In this document: positions 11,201 to 19,497 of the stretch, in pieces
How the letters are laid out: every line of letters starts with the position of its first letter
Numbering within the stretch: position 1 is the first letter of the stretch
Assembly (NCBI GenBank): GCA_965216465.1
Contig: CBDCFW010000005.1
Span: 128,001 to 192,000, forward strand
Direction: 5' to 3'
From: Bacteroidia bacterium
Lineage (GTDB): Bacteria; Bacteroidota; Bacteroidia; NS11-12g; UBA9320
Length of the DNA stretch: 64,000 nucleotides
Translations under genes and position numbers: made by a program
Notes under the pieces: model-generated
Database searches by the model: none
Seen by the model: the letters and a program-made list of their open reading frames with translations, nothing else
What the model was told of the DNA's origin: nothing

Positions 11201-11589
11201 AGCTTTCGATACCAATCGGGGTCCATATACCTGACGGCATTTTCTCCGAAAGATACGGTTCTCACTTCATTAATTTGATAGGTTGATTCTTCGCCAAATA
11301 GCGTAGAAAATATTATGGTATGTTCTACTCCAGCCTCATCGGTTTGAATAATTCTAGCTAGGTTTTTATTCTCTTTGTATTCTAAACTGTGGTAACAAGC
11401 GGGACATTGGTAATGCACTTTATCACCTTTGTTTATGGTCAGGTTATCGCTAACCAGAACGGTATAGTCTCCAAGTTTTTCACTCAACAGGAATACACCT
11501 TTATTGGCATTTGAACACGTTCCTGAAAGAACGAGATAACCGCCAAGGTTGAGTTGCGCTTGGCAGTAGGGGCAATTCAATCGTTTCAC
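11197..11589 (-). CDS. Hypothetical protein with two CxxC motifs (putative zinc ribbon)
   Basis: CPYC and CPAC; GTG start; 4-bp convergent overlap with the polyprenyl synthase gene. Confidence 0.7.
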   Translation of the reverse strand: MKRLNCPYCQAQLNLGGYLVLSGTCSNANKGVFLLSEKLGDYTVLVSDNLTINKGDKVHYQCPACYHSLEYKENKNLARIIQTDEAGVEHTIIFSTLFGEESTYQINEVRTVSFGENAVRYMDPDWYRKL

Positions 11590-11665
11590 TTGAGCAATTT
11601 ACATCTTTTTGCATGGATATTCAAGAATTATGCTCATCCTAAGCTTAGAACCATCTCGTAACAAG

Positions 11666-12283
11666 CTACTTGTGAAAAATTCGAGTGCAGGTTTCGCGTA
11701 TATCGTCGTTGCTGTTCTCCCAAGTGAAATGGACTCGCAGTAAATGTTCGTGTAGGATTTTGATGTAGCAACGGAGGTGGAGTGTTTCACCGTTAACTTC
11801 TTTCGTATACATTTCAGGATTATTTGAAAGTTCCATTTGAGCAAACCCTGCTTCTTGGTTACGACCAATGAAGAAATGAGTTAGTGTATCATTTGGAAAA
11901 GAGTCTTTAGTTACAAGATGGGGCATTAATGACAAACCAAACGCAGCTTCATTCAAACCAAAAATGACAACTGGTGCATAGTCTAAATTCTTAACATAAG
12001 CTCTTAAGGTAAGCAACATTGGTTGCGGAAGCTCTTCAAAACCTCTACACCACTCTTCTTCGTTGTAAAATAATCCATATTGACCTTGGTCGATATATTG
12101 TTGGTCTTCAGGCAAGCATCGACTAACACAATATCCATTTATGTCTAGGCCTTCGCAAATGCAGTCACCATTAATCAAGGTAAAACCATCTGGACAAGTT
12201 GAAGTGTCCTCTTGGTCGTTGCATCCAATTACAACAACACAGAACACAATAACCAGCAGCAAAACTTTTAAAATAAATTTCAT
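11666..12283 (-). CDS. Cys-rich lipoprotein, tandem paralog (last of 5 in transcription order)
   Basis: MKFILK...VVIGC lipobox; TCPDG..C.C..GYC..RC; C-terminal LRCYIKILH..LLRVHFTWENSNDDIRETCTRIFHK. Confidence 0.85.
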   Translation of the reverse strand: MKFILKVLLLVIVFCVVVIGCNDQEDTSTCPDGFTLINGDCICEGLDINGYCVSRCLPEDQQYIDQGQYGLFYNEEEWCRGFEELPQPMLLTLRAYVKNLDYAPVVIFGLNEAAFGLSLMPHLVTKDSFPNDTLTHFFIGRNQEAGFAQMELSNNPEMYTKEVNGETLHLRCYIKILHEHLLRVHFTWENSNDDIRETCTRIFHK

Positions 12284-12333
12284 AACGACGAGCAAGGTGC
12301 GTGAATCGATTCATTCATTTTGTAGTAGTATTT

Positions 12334-12951
12334 CTACTTATGAAAAATTCGGGTGCAGGTTTCACGAATTTCGTCGTTGCTGTTTTCCCATGTGAAGTGG
12401 ACTCGGAGAAGTCGTTCATGTAGTATTTTTATGTAGCATCTGAGATATAAGTTCTCGCCATTAACTAACTTGACAAAACGTCGTGGATCATTGCTAACCT
12501 TCATCTCTACAAAGCCTGCCTCTATTTTATGGCCTGCAAATGCATAGAGAAGGCTATCGGACTGAAAACTATCATTTGTTACCCAGTTAGGTTTCAACGA
12601 TAACCCAAATTCTTCTTCATGTAATCCAAAGTATATTGATGGACCATAGTTTAGAAGTTCTGGATATGCCTCTAGTCTTATCAACATTGGGCTTGGAAGA
12701 CTTTCAAACCCATCACACCATTCTTTTTCATTGAAGTACTGACCAAGCATCCCTTTGGCTGTATATTCTTGGTCTTCAGGCAAGCACCTACTGATGCAAT
12801 AGCCATTAATATTCAATTCTTTGCATGCACAATCATTTTCTTCTAGGGTAAAACCATCAGGACAGGTGTTTGTTTCTAACGGATCTTTGCAGCAAATCAA
12901 CATTGTCCCAATTAGGCAAAATAGGCTTAGTTTTTTTATCCTTAAAATCAT
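12334..12951 (-). CDS. Cys-rich lipoprotein, tandem paralog (4th of 5)
   Basis: MILRIKK...MLICC signal; same Cys pattern and C-terminus as its neighbours. Confidence 0.85.
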   Translation of the reverse strand: MILRIKKLSLFCLIGTMLICCKDPLETNTCPDGFTLEENDCACKELNINGYCISRCLPEDQEYTAKGMLGQYFNEKEWCDGFESLPSPMLIRLEAYPELLNYGPSIYFGLHEEEFGLSLKPNWVTNDSFQSDSLLYAFAGHKIEAGFVEMKVSNDPRRFVKLVNGENLYLRCYIKILHERLLRVHFTWENSNDEIRETCTRIFHK

Positions 12952-12999
12952 TGACGTGCAAGGTGAAGAATCCAATTCACTGGATTTGTAGTAGAATTT

Positions 13000-13617
13000 C
13001 TATTTATGAAAAATTCGAGTACATTTTTCACGTATTTCGTCGTTACTATTTTCCCATGTGAAGTGTATACGGAGAAGGCTATCGTGTAAGATCTTAAGGT
13101 AACATCTCAGATACAAGGTTTCACCGCCTGATTGTTTTGTAAAGAGAGTCGGGTCTCTTCCTTGCTCAACGTTCATAAACCCCAATTTTTCTTTGAATCC
13201 AGAATCCGCATATAATAGAGTATCCCGTTCAAATGAATCTGTGCTAATCCAATTAGGAATCATTGCAAGACCATATTCCTCCTCATATAGTCCAAATCTA
13301 ATAATTGGACCATAGCTGAGTAATGCACGATATGCTTCTAAACGAATAAGCATCGGACATGGAAGACCTTCAAAACCTTTGCACCACTCCGCTTCGTTGT
13401 AGAAAAGCCCCAATTCACCCTTTTCTAGATAATATTCGTCATCCGGCAAACATCTACTGATGCAATACCCATTAATGTCAAGACCTTCACAAATGCAGTC
13501 ATCGTCGATCAAGGAATAACCATCAGGGCAAGTTGAAGTGTCCGCTTGGTCATTGCATCCAATTACAACAACACAGAACACAATAACCAGCAGCAGAGTT
13601 TTTACAATAAATTTCAT
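13000..13617 (-). CDS. Cys-rich lipoprotein, tandem paralog (3rd of 5)
   Basis: MKFIVK...VVIGC lipobox; conserved N- and C-termini; an alternative in-frame ATG lies at 13653. Confidence 0.85.
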   Translation of the reverse strand: MKFIVKTLLLVIVFCVVVIGCNDQADTSTCPDGYSLIDDDCICEGLDINGYCISRCLPDDEYYLEKGELGLFYNEAEWCKGFEGLPCPMLIRLEAYRALLSYGPIIRFGLYEEEYGLAMIPNWISTDSFERDTLLYADSGFKEKLGFMNVEQGRDPTLFTKQSGGETLYLRCYLKILHDSLLRIHFTWENSNDEIREKCTRIFHK

Positions 13618-13668
13618 AACAACGGTGCAAGTTGAGACAAACGAAACTTTCATTTTGTAGTAGAACTT

Positions 13669-14286
13669 CTACTTATGAAAAATTCGAGTACATGTTTCCC
13701 GAATTTCGTCGTTGCTGTTTTCCCAGGTGAAGTGGATGCGGAGGAGTCCTCTATGTAAAATTTTAACGTAGCATCTGAGGTACAGAATTTCACCATTAAG
13801 TTCCTTTGTATACATTCTTGGATCATTGCTTGGTTTTCTTTCCATAAAACCTAACTTCTCCTCTACCCCAGCCCATCTATAAATTAATGTATCAGATGCG
13901 AATGAGTCTTGGGCAAGCCAGTGCGGTCTTAGGTTCAGACCATACTCTTCTTCGTGTGTCCCATAATAGATAGCTGGACCATGATTCAAGTAATTGACAT
14001 AAGCCTCTAAAGTAGTGAGCATCGGTTGAGGTAATGATTCAAATCCAACGCACCAAGTTTCTTCATTATAATATTGGCCATATTGACCTTTCTCTTGAAA
14101 CTTGTTATCATCGGGAAGACTTCTATTGATGCAATATCCGATTATTTCAAGCTCGTTGCATATGCAGTCATCGTCGATCAAGGTATAACCATCAGGGCAA
14201 GTTGAAGTGTCGGTTTGGTCATTGCACCCAACCAAAACAACACCTAAAACAATAAACAGCAGCAAAGTTTTTACAATAAATTTCAT
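13669..14286 (-). CDS. Cys-rich lipoprotein, tandem paralog (2nd of 5)
   Basis: MKFIVK...VLVGC lipobox; conserved termini. Confidence 0.85.
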   Translation of the reverse strand: MKFIVKTLLLFIVLGVVLVGCNDQTDTSTCPDGYTLIDDDCICNELEIIGYCINRSLPDDNKFQEKGQYGQYYNEETWCVGFESLPQPMLTTLEAYVNYLNHGPAIYYGTHEEEYGLNLRPHWLAQDSFASDTLIYRWAGVEEKLGFMERKPSNDPRMYTKELNGEILYLRCYVKILHRGLLRIHFTWENSNDEIRETCTRIFHK

Positions 14287-14336
14287 AACGACGAGCAAGG
14301 TGGATGAATCGATTCATTCATTTTGTAGTAGAACTT

Positions 14337-14942
14337 CTACTTATGAAAAATTCGAGTACACGTTTCCCGAATTTCGTCGTTGCTGTTTTCCCAAGTGAAG
14401 TGGATGCGGAGAAGTCGTTCATGTAGAATCTTGATATAACATCTGAGATATAGCGTTTCGCCATTACTAATCTTAGTATTAAACTGTGGAGTAGATTTTG
14501 GATTTACCTCAACAAAGCCTCCATCGCTTCTAAGACCGCTAAACATACAAAGCAATGTATCACTTGCAAACGAGTCTCGACTAATCCAATATGGCTTTAA
14601 CGGAAGACCATAGGCTCCCTCTTCAACTCCATAAATTACATCTGGAGCATGATTTAAATTGGTAAATTTAGCTTCTAATCGAATAAGCATTGGTCTTGGT
14701 AAAGTTAAAAACTCAGGGCACCATTCTTCTTCGTTGTAAAACAATCCATACTCACCATTATCTATGTAGTTCTGATCTTCTGGTAAGCATCTGCTAACAC
14801 AATAGCCATTGATATTTAATCCTTCACACACACATTCGTTATTTACTAGGCTAAATCCATCTGGGCAAGTCTTGGATTGGGACCTGTCTTGGCAACCAAA
14901 TAAAACCAAGATGCTCAGCAGTAAGAGGCTAAATAATTTCAT
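14337..14942 (-). CDS. Cys-rich lipoprotein, tandem paralog (1st of 5, coupled to the upstream large gene)
   Basis: MKLFS...VLFGC lipobox; ATGA overlap with the stop of 14939..17044. Confidence 0.85.
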   Translation of the reverse strand: MKLFSLLLLSILVLFGCQDRSQSKTCPDGFSLVNNECVCEGLNINGYCVSRCLPEDQNYIDNGEYGLFYNEEEWCPEFLTLPRPMLIRLEAKFTNLNHAPDVIYGVEEGAYGLPLKPYWISRDSFASDTLLCMFSGLRSDGGFVEVNPKSTPQFNTKISNGETLYLRCYIKILHERLLRIHFTWENSNDEIRETCTRIFHK

Positions 14943-17044
14943 GGTTTGTATACTTTAATAGTTTTCTCTTCAAAATTTCTTTTGTATTTTATTGTATACC
15001 ATCCGCTAGCAATTGAAGTTAATTTCACAATTTCTCCTCTTAGATTAGATTCACTAAGGTCATTCTGTACGACACCATTGGATACAACCATGTTTGTCAG
15101 TAAATCAACAATAAAGTACTCAGTTCCTTTTGGTATTTTTTCACTTTCATCATTATTCTCATCCGTAAATTCATCTTGCCCATGATACTCGTTTGGACAC
15201 TTTTTCATTTGATATGTACTTCGCAGGTCCTCGCTTAAAAATTCGTTCAATCCGGTAAAGTTAAAATCATAGATTGAATTATAATGTGGTACATTGACTA
15301 CATTATTTGCCCTAATAAACTCATTCACCTCCCTCAAATCATCCTTTCTTTGCTGATCGTTGTTCACTCCGACTACCCAATTAAAAAATTCTTCAGTGCA
15401 ACACTCCTCAGTTTCCTTATAACCTATATACCCCGCCAACCAGCAATGGCTGTTAATGGATAAGTTGGCTTTGTACTTTGTATGTCCACTAAACCTGTGT
15501 GATGAGAACGAATGAATGACAATTGATGTGGGATCGTTTGGCCAAAGCTCTATCATATAGGTCTTCCCTGACAAGCTGCCTTTGATTAACTCAGAATTTG
15601 ATTGTGCTGATTGTCCAGATCTTCCAACTACGGGCTGCTGGGTGGCAAGTTTCTTCAATGTTTGGACAGTTTGAACAATTGCATTGCTGTCGGTCCAAGC
15701 ATTTTTATCTCCACCAACCATCTTACCTGCCGTCACCCCCAAGTTCAATGCGATATCAAACCAAGCCTGATCCCATGAACTATTGGGTGAAACTTGGTCA
15801 TAGGCCGTAACACTATGTCTTCCTGCATCAAGAATTCCCATTTCTGTTTTGGGCGAAAACTTAGTTAGTATGGCCCAATCCTCTGCATGAGCCTCCCATG
15901 CATAACCCTTACCACATAAGACGCAATTCAGCTTGCCGCCACCACCGCTAAGCAATGATTTATAGCTAGCTCCTACGTGAAGTATCCTGTTCTCGCACAT
16001 GCAATCATCGCGCTGTCCCCGCTCATCTTCACAGAGCATATTATATGCTATATAAGTTGTACTTGGACTCTTTGCCGTTGGGTTAGGATTCATCCATCTA
16101 GCACCCTTGTCACTGCCTACTCGCTTCATATAAGTACCTGCATTATGCTTTCGTGCAGCTCCAACATTCCAGTCTTCGTACCACCATACCTTGTGAACTC
16201 CAGTAGAAGATGGCCAGAAATTCTTATGAAATGTATACCTGTGCTCAAACCAATTGAACGAGTCAATATTGTTTATATCACCCAAATGGGCCTCTTCATA
16301 TATTTGGTGATTTCCCGAAGCAAATGGGAATGTCGCTTTGCACATGCAATTCTTATCAGGTTTTTTCCAAACGTAACGCTCTAAAATGTCACCCAACCAT
16401 CCTATTCCACTCTCCCAATCAAAATCCATTGAATCTGTCACTTCTTCAACTTCATGGTCACCGCCTTCTTCATCTTCCATTCCATTCAATCTTCCCAAAT
16501 CACCATCAAAATAGAATTGTTGAAGGATATACAATTTCTCAAAATGATTCAGTTCTTCCGTCTGAGACAAAAAGGTTAATACATTTCGATCTAAGTCATC
16601 GACGCTGTTACGAGCCAAAGCTTCATACAATTTCATCGGTAAGCCAAACTGACTTTTCACCTCTACCGGAAAAGTTGAGATTCGTTTCATGATTACTAAA
16701 TGCCCTTGCTTCATTTCTTTAGCCAATCGATATTCTTTGTACTTGTCCAATTCAATAATGTTTGATTTTTCCGAAACTGACGAAACTTTAATTCCATTTT
16801 CATCATAAAGTCCTAAATCATGAATTGGCTCAGAAAAATCAATAACCAAATACGATTTTTGGTCACCATGAACAACAAAACTTTGTTTAATTGACACGCC
16901 GTTTCTGTGATTCGGATACGACGGTGGCTCAACTTTCATTTGAGTTGAATCAAAATAACTCTCGGTGGTTTGCGTAAACCCAGAAATGGCTGCTCCTATT
17001 AATAAGAGGCCCAGGGAAATGATCTTAGTAATTGTACCTTTCAT
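14939..17044 (-). CDS. Secreted Cys-rich hypothetical protein with putative T9SS type-A C-terminal sorting domain
   Basis: Sec signal MKGTITKIISLGLLLIGAAISGFTQ; acidic linkers; CMC, CMC, CVLC, CC motifs; tail YFIVDLLTNMV...IASGWYTIKY...TIKVYK resembles the CTD motifs I.D..G..V and L.sG.Y.v.....K. Confidence 0.75.
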   Translation of the reverse strand: MKGTITKIISLGLLLIGAAISGFTQTTESYFDSTQMKVEPPSYPNHRNGVSIKQSFVVHGDQKSYLVIDFSEPIHDLGLYDENGIKVSSVSEKSNIIELDKYKEYRLAKEMKQGHLVIMKRISTFPVEVKSQFGLPMKLYEALARNSVDDLDRNVLTFLSQTEELNHFEKLYILQQFYFDGDLGRLNGMEDEEGGDHEVEEVTDSMDFDWESGIGWLGDILERYVWKKPDKNCMCKATFPFASGNHQIYEEAHLGDINNIDSFNWFEHRYTFHKNFWPSSTGVHKVWWYEDWNVGAARKHNAGTYMKRVGSDKGARWMNPNPTAKSPSTTYIAYNMLCEDERGQRDDCMCENRILHVGASYKSLLSGGGGKLNCVLCGKGYAWEAHAEDWAILTKFSPKTEMGILDAGRHSVTAYDQVSPNSSWDQAWFDIALNLGVTAGKMVGGDKNAWTDSNAIVQTVQTLKKLATQQPVVGRSGQSAQSNSELIKGSLSGKTYMIELWPNDPTSIVIHSFSSHRFSGHTKYKANLSINSHCWLAGYIGYKETEECCTEEFFNWVVGVNNDQQRKDDLREVNEFIRANNVVNVPHYNSIYDFNFTGLNEFLSEDLRSTYQMKKCPNEYHGQDEFTDENNDESEKIPKGTEYFIVDLLTNMVVSNGVVQNDLSESNLRGEIVKLTSIASGWYTIKYKRNFEEKTIKVYKP

Positions 17045-17091
17045 ATAATGTTTCATTAATAAGTACAGCAGCAATAAATTCTGGATACGTT

Positions 17092-17147
17092 AAAACCGAG
17101 CCCAACCTTGTTGGGCTCGGAGGCCAAGTTTTCTTAAAACCGGACCT
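17092..17147 (-). promoter_or_regulatory. Structured 5' leader: imperfect hairpin followed by a terminator-like hairpin + TTTT
   Basis: Minus strand aggtccggtttt-aag-aaaacttggcct, then ccgagcccaac-aag-gttgggctcgg-tttt (perfect 11-bp stem, 17096-17120), ~50 nt before the ATG. Confidence 0.6.
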
Positions 17148-17255
17148 TTCATTAACCCCCACTTATTAGACGGAGAATTATTTTCAGGTCACTTAAAAAA
17201 AGTACTGAAATCGTTATGTAATCGCTAAGTGATTGATTTTCTTTGCATTAATTTT

Positions 17256-18101
17256 TTGAAGAATTTAAAAATATATCGCTCTTCTTCGAATCAGGTTCTC
17301 GAAAATTTAGCTTTTGAAGAGTACTTGGTTGCAAATTCAAATGAAGATGTATTGCTCTTTTACATTAACCAAGATGCCGTTGTAATTGGCAAACATCAAA
17401 ATCCATGGAAAGAGGTTAATCTCGAAAGCATTCAAAAAAACAACATAACCCTCGCACGAAGACTCAGCGGTGGTGGAACCGTATACCACGACCTCGGTAA
17501 CATCAATTTTTCATTTATTCGAAATAAGAATAAAGACTTCGTGAACTTTAAAGAACATATCGCTCCAATAAGTCAAGCATTGCAATACTTAGGAATCGCC
17601 AACCATATTACCGAGCGCAACGATATCTTTATTAACGACCACAAAGTTTCAGGAAATGCTGAACACGTGAACAATTCTGCCAAGCGAATTATTCATCATG
17701 GCACATTGCTTTATGACGCCAATATTGGTTCGCTGGGTACCAGCATTAAACCTAAAGACTTGCAGATTACTACGCACGCAGTTGATTCTGTTCGCAGCCC
17801 GGTTATGAACATGCGCTCTATTAAAGATCATGGCGACACTAATTCTTTTCTTGATCTGTTGATCTTTGAAATTTCCAAATTGGTTCAATCAGTTGGAGTA
17901 GAATCTGTTTCACCTATCAATTTTGAAGAGGTAAAAGAATTGGTCTCCAACAAATATTCTACCTGGGAGTGGACTTTCGGCCATACCCCTCAATTTACTT
18001 ATACCAACCAATCTGCGGTTTCAAAAATTAGAAAAGGCCACGTAATTGAATCAAGCCTTCCTGAACTTGTTGGACTGCGATGCGATAAAATTATCCTATG
18101 A
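17256..18101 (+). CDS. lplA: Lipoate-protein ligase A
   Basis: NLAFEEYL, VIGKHQNPWKEVN, RRLSGGGTVYHDLGN, RND, KVSGNA, HHGTLL; TTG start inferred. Confidence 0.9.
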   Translation: MKNLKIYRSSSNQVLENLAFEEYLVANSNEDVLLFYINQDAVVIGKHQNPWKEVNLESIQKNNITLARRLSGGGTVYHDLGNINFSFIRNKNKDFVNFKEHIAPISQALQYLGIANHITERNDIFINDHKVSGNAEHVNNSAKRIIHHGTLLYDANIGSLGTSIKPKDLQITTHAVDSVRSPVMNMRSIKDHGDTNSFLDLLIFEISKLVQSVGVESVSPINFEEVKELVSNKYSTWEWTFGHTPQFTYTNQSAVSKIRKGHVIESSLPELVGLRCDKIIL

Positions 18102-18733
18102 CCAAAAAAGAACGAGCAAATAGCATTCTACAGATTCTGGATCAAGAATTTCCAGAAGTTCCTATTCCATTAGATCATAAAGACCCTTATACCCTATTGA
18201 TAGCCGTTCTGTTATCCGCACAATGCACTGATGAACGCGTTAATAAAATTACACCTTCACTCTTCGAAAAGGCCGACAATCCTTTTGATATGATTAAAAT
18301 GAGTGTGGAGGAAATTAAGGAAATTATCAGACCCTGCGGTTTGTCTCCTATGAAAAGTAAAGGCATTCATGGCCTTAGCTCTATACTGGTTGAAAAGTAC
18401 AACGGTGAGGTTCCGCAAACTTTTGAAGGACTTGAAGCTTTACCCGCGGTGGGTCACAAAACAGCCAGTGTTGTAATGAGTCAAGCATTTGAGATTCCTG
18501 CTTTTCCTGTCGACACGCACATTCACAGGCTAGCGTATCGGTGGAAGCTCAGTACAGGTAAAAATGTTGAAAAGACTGAAAAGGACCTTAAGGCATGTAT
18601 TCCGAAAGATCGTTGGAATAAAGCACATCTGCAGATTATCTACTTTGGTAGAAAGTATTGCCCGGCACGTGGACACGATCCTAAGGCCTGTCCGATTTGT
18701 TCTAAGTTCGGGAGGCAATCATTATTTAAATAA
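18098..18733 (+). CDS. nth: Endonuclease III
   Basis: LLIAVLLSAQCTD, HhH LPAVGHKTA, VDTH, C-terminal Cys cluster. Confidence 0.93.
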   Translation: MTKKERANSILQILDQEFPEVPIPLDHKDPYTLLIAVLLSAQCTDERVNKITPSLFEKADNPFDMIKMSVEEIKEIIRPCGLSPMKSKGIHGLSSILVEKYNGEVPQTFEGLEALPAVGHKTASVVMSQAFEIPAFPVDTHIHRLAYRWKLSTGKNVEKTEKDLKACIPKDRWNKAHLQIIYFGRKYCPARGHDPKACPICSKFGRQSLFK

Positions 18734-18798
18734 TTGATAAGAGTATTCAATTATTTTAGTTACAAAACCTCACAATAGAACTACCTTTGCACCCGAAA

Positions 18799-19497
18799 AT
18801 GTCACTCGATATTATATACGAAGACAACCACCTCATCGCTGTGAACAAGCCTGCAGGTCTTGTGGTTCAAGAAAACGACCATGGCCTTAATTCACTTGAA
18901 GAAAAGGTTAAAGCATACATCAAAAAGAAATACAACAAGCCGGGTGCTGTTTTTTTAGGCTGCATTCATCGGCTAGATACCGCCGTAACCGGTGTAGTAC
19001 TATTCGCTAGAACGAGCAAAGCTCTTACAAGAATGAATGCTCAATTTAAAAATCGCGAAGTTAAAAAGACCTACGCCGCACTTATCCGCAGAAAACCTCA
19101 ACCCATGGCAGGCACTTTGGTACATTACTTAAAAAAAGACACCAAGCAGAATAAAACAAAGCTGTATCATGAGCAGGTAAAAGACAGCAAAAGAGCAGAG
19201 TTAAGCTACGAATACATCAACACAGCTAACCACTGTTTCTTGGTCAAGGTTAAGCCTGTAACAGGTCGACCACATCAAATACGGGTACAATTGGCCAGAA
19301 CATTTACAGGAATTGTAGGTGACGTTAAGTATGGTCAAACTAAACCAACGGCAGACAAGAGTATTTACTTGCATGCACTTGGATTATCATTTACCCATCC
19401 TGTAACTAAAGAAAAATTAAATTTGCACGCTTCCATGCCTAACTTTGGGAATTGGAAGTTTTTTAAAGACATCGAAAAAAATTTATTACGAGAATGA
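18799..19497 (+). CDS. RluA family pseudouridine synthase
   Basis: VNKPAG, HRLD, TGRPHQIRVQL, GDVKYG, LHA; the TTG at 18787 lies inside the promoter motif, so ATG 18799 is preferred. Confidence 0.92.
   Translation: MSLDIIYEDNHLIAVNKPAGLVVQENDHGLNSLEEKVKAYIKKKYNKPGAVFLGCIHRLDTAVTGVVLFARTSKALTRMNAQFKNREVKKTYAALIRRKPQPMAGTLVHYLKKDTKQNKTKLYHEQVKDSKRAELSYEYINTANHCFLVKVKPVTGRPHQIRVQLARTFTGIVGDVKYGQTKPTADKSIYLHALGLSFTHPVTKEKLNLHASMPNFGNWKFFKDIEKNLLRE

Larger units (their letters stand above)
11666..14942 (-). repeat. Five-unit gene-sized tandem repeat, period 666-669 bp
   Basis: Stop codons at 11666, 12334, 13000, 13669, 14337 (spacings 668, 666, 669, 668); near-identical DNA around each 3' end, e.g. 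gaaaaattcgagt..tttc.cg.atttcgtcgttgct. Confidence 0.92.

Noticed and set aside
12334-14286. Three consecutive paralogs lie in one frame separated only by TAG codons (possible read-through polyprotein)
   Set aside because: The other two junctions are out of frame, each gene has its own lipoprotein signal, TAG is a normal stop elsewhere in the window, and chance explains this easily
12320-14345. Spacer motif containing TTCTAC/GTAGA, reminiscent of a Cas12a CRISPR repeat
   Set aside because: Units are ~668 bp apart and contain whole genes, the stem arms are in the opposite order, and no cas genes are present
11666-14942. Diversity-generating retroelement explanation for the paralog variability
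   Set aside because: No reverse transcriptase or non-coding template repeat in the window; variation is central rather than C-terminal and does not look adenine-restricted
11666-17044. Integron or mobile-element origin of the array
   Set aside because: No integrase, transposase, attC-like GTTRRRY structure, tRNA target or flanking direct repeats seen
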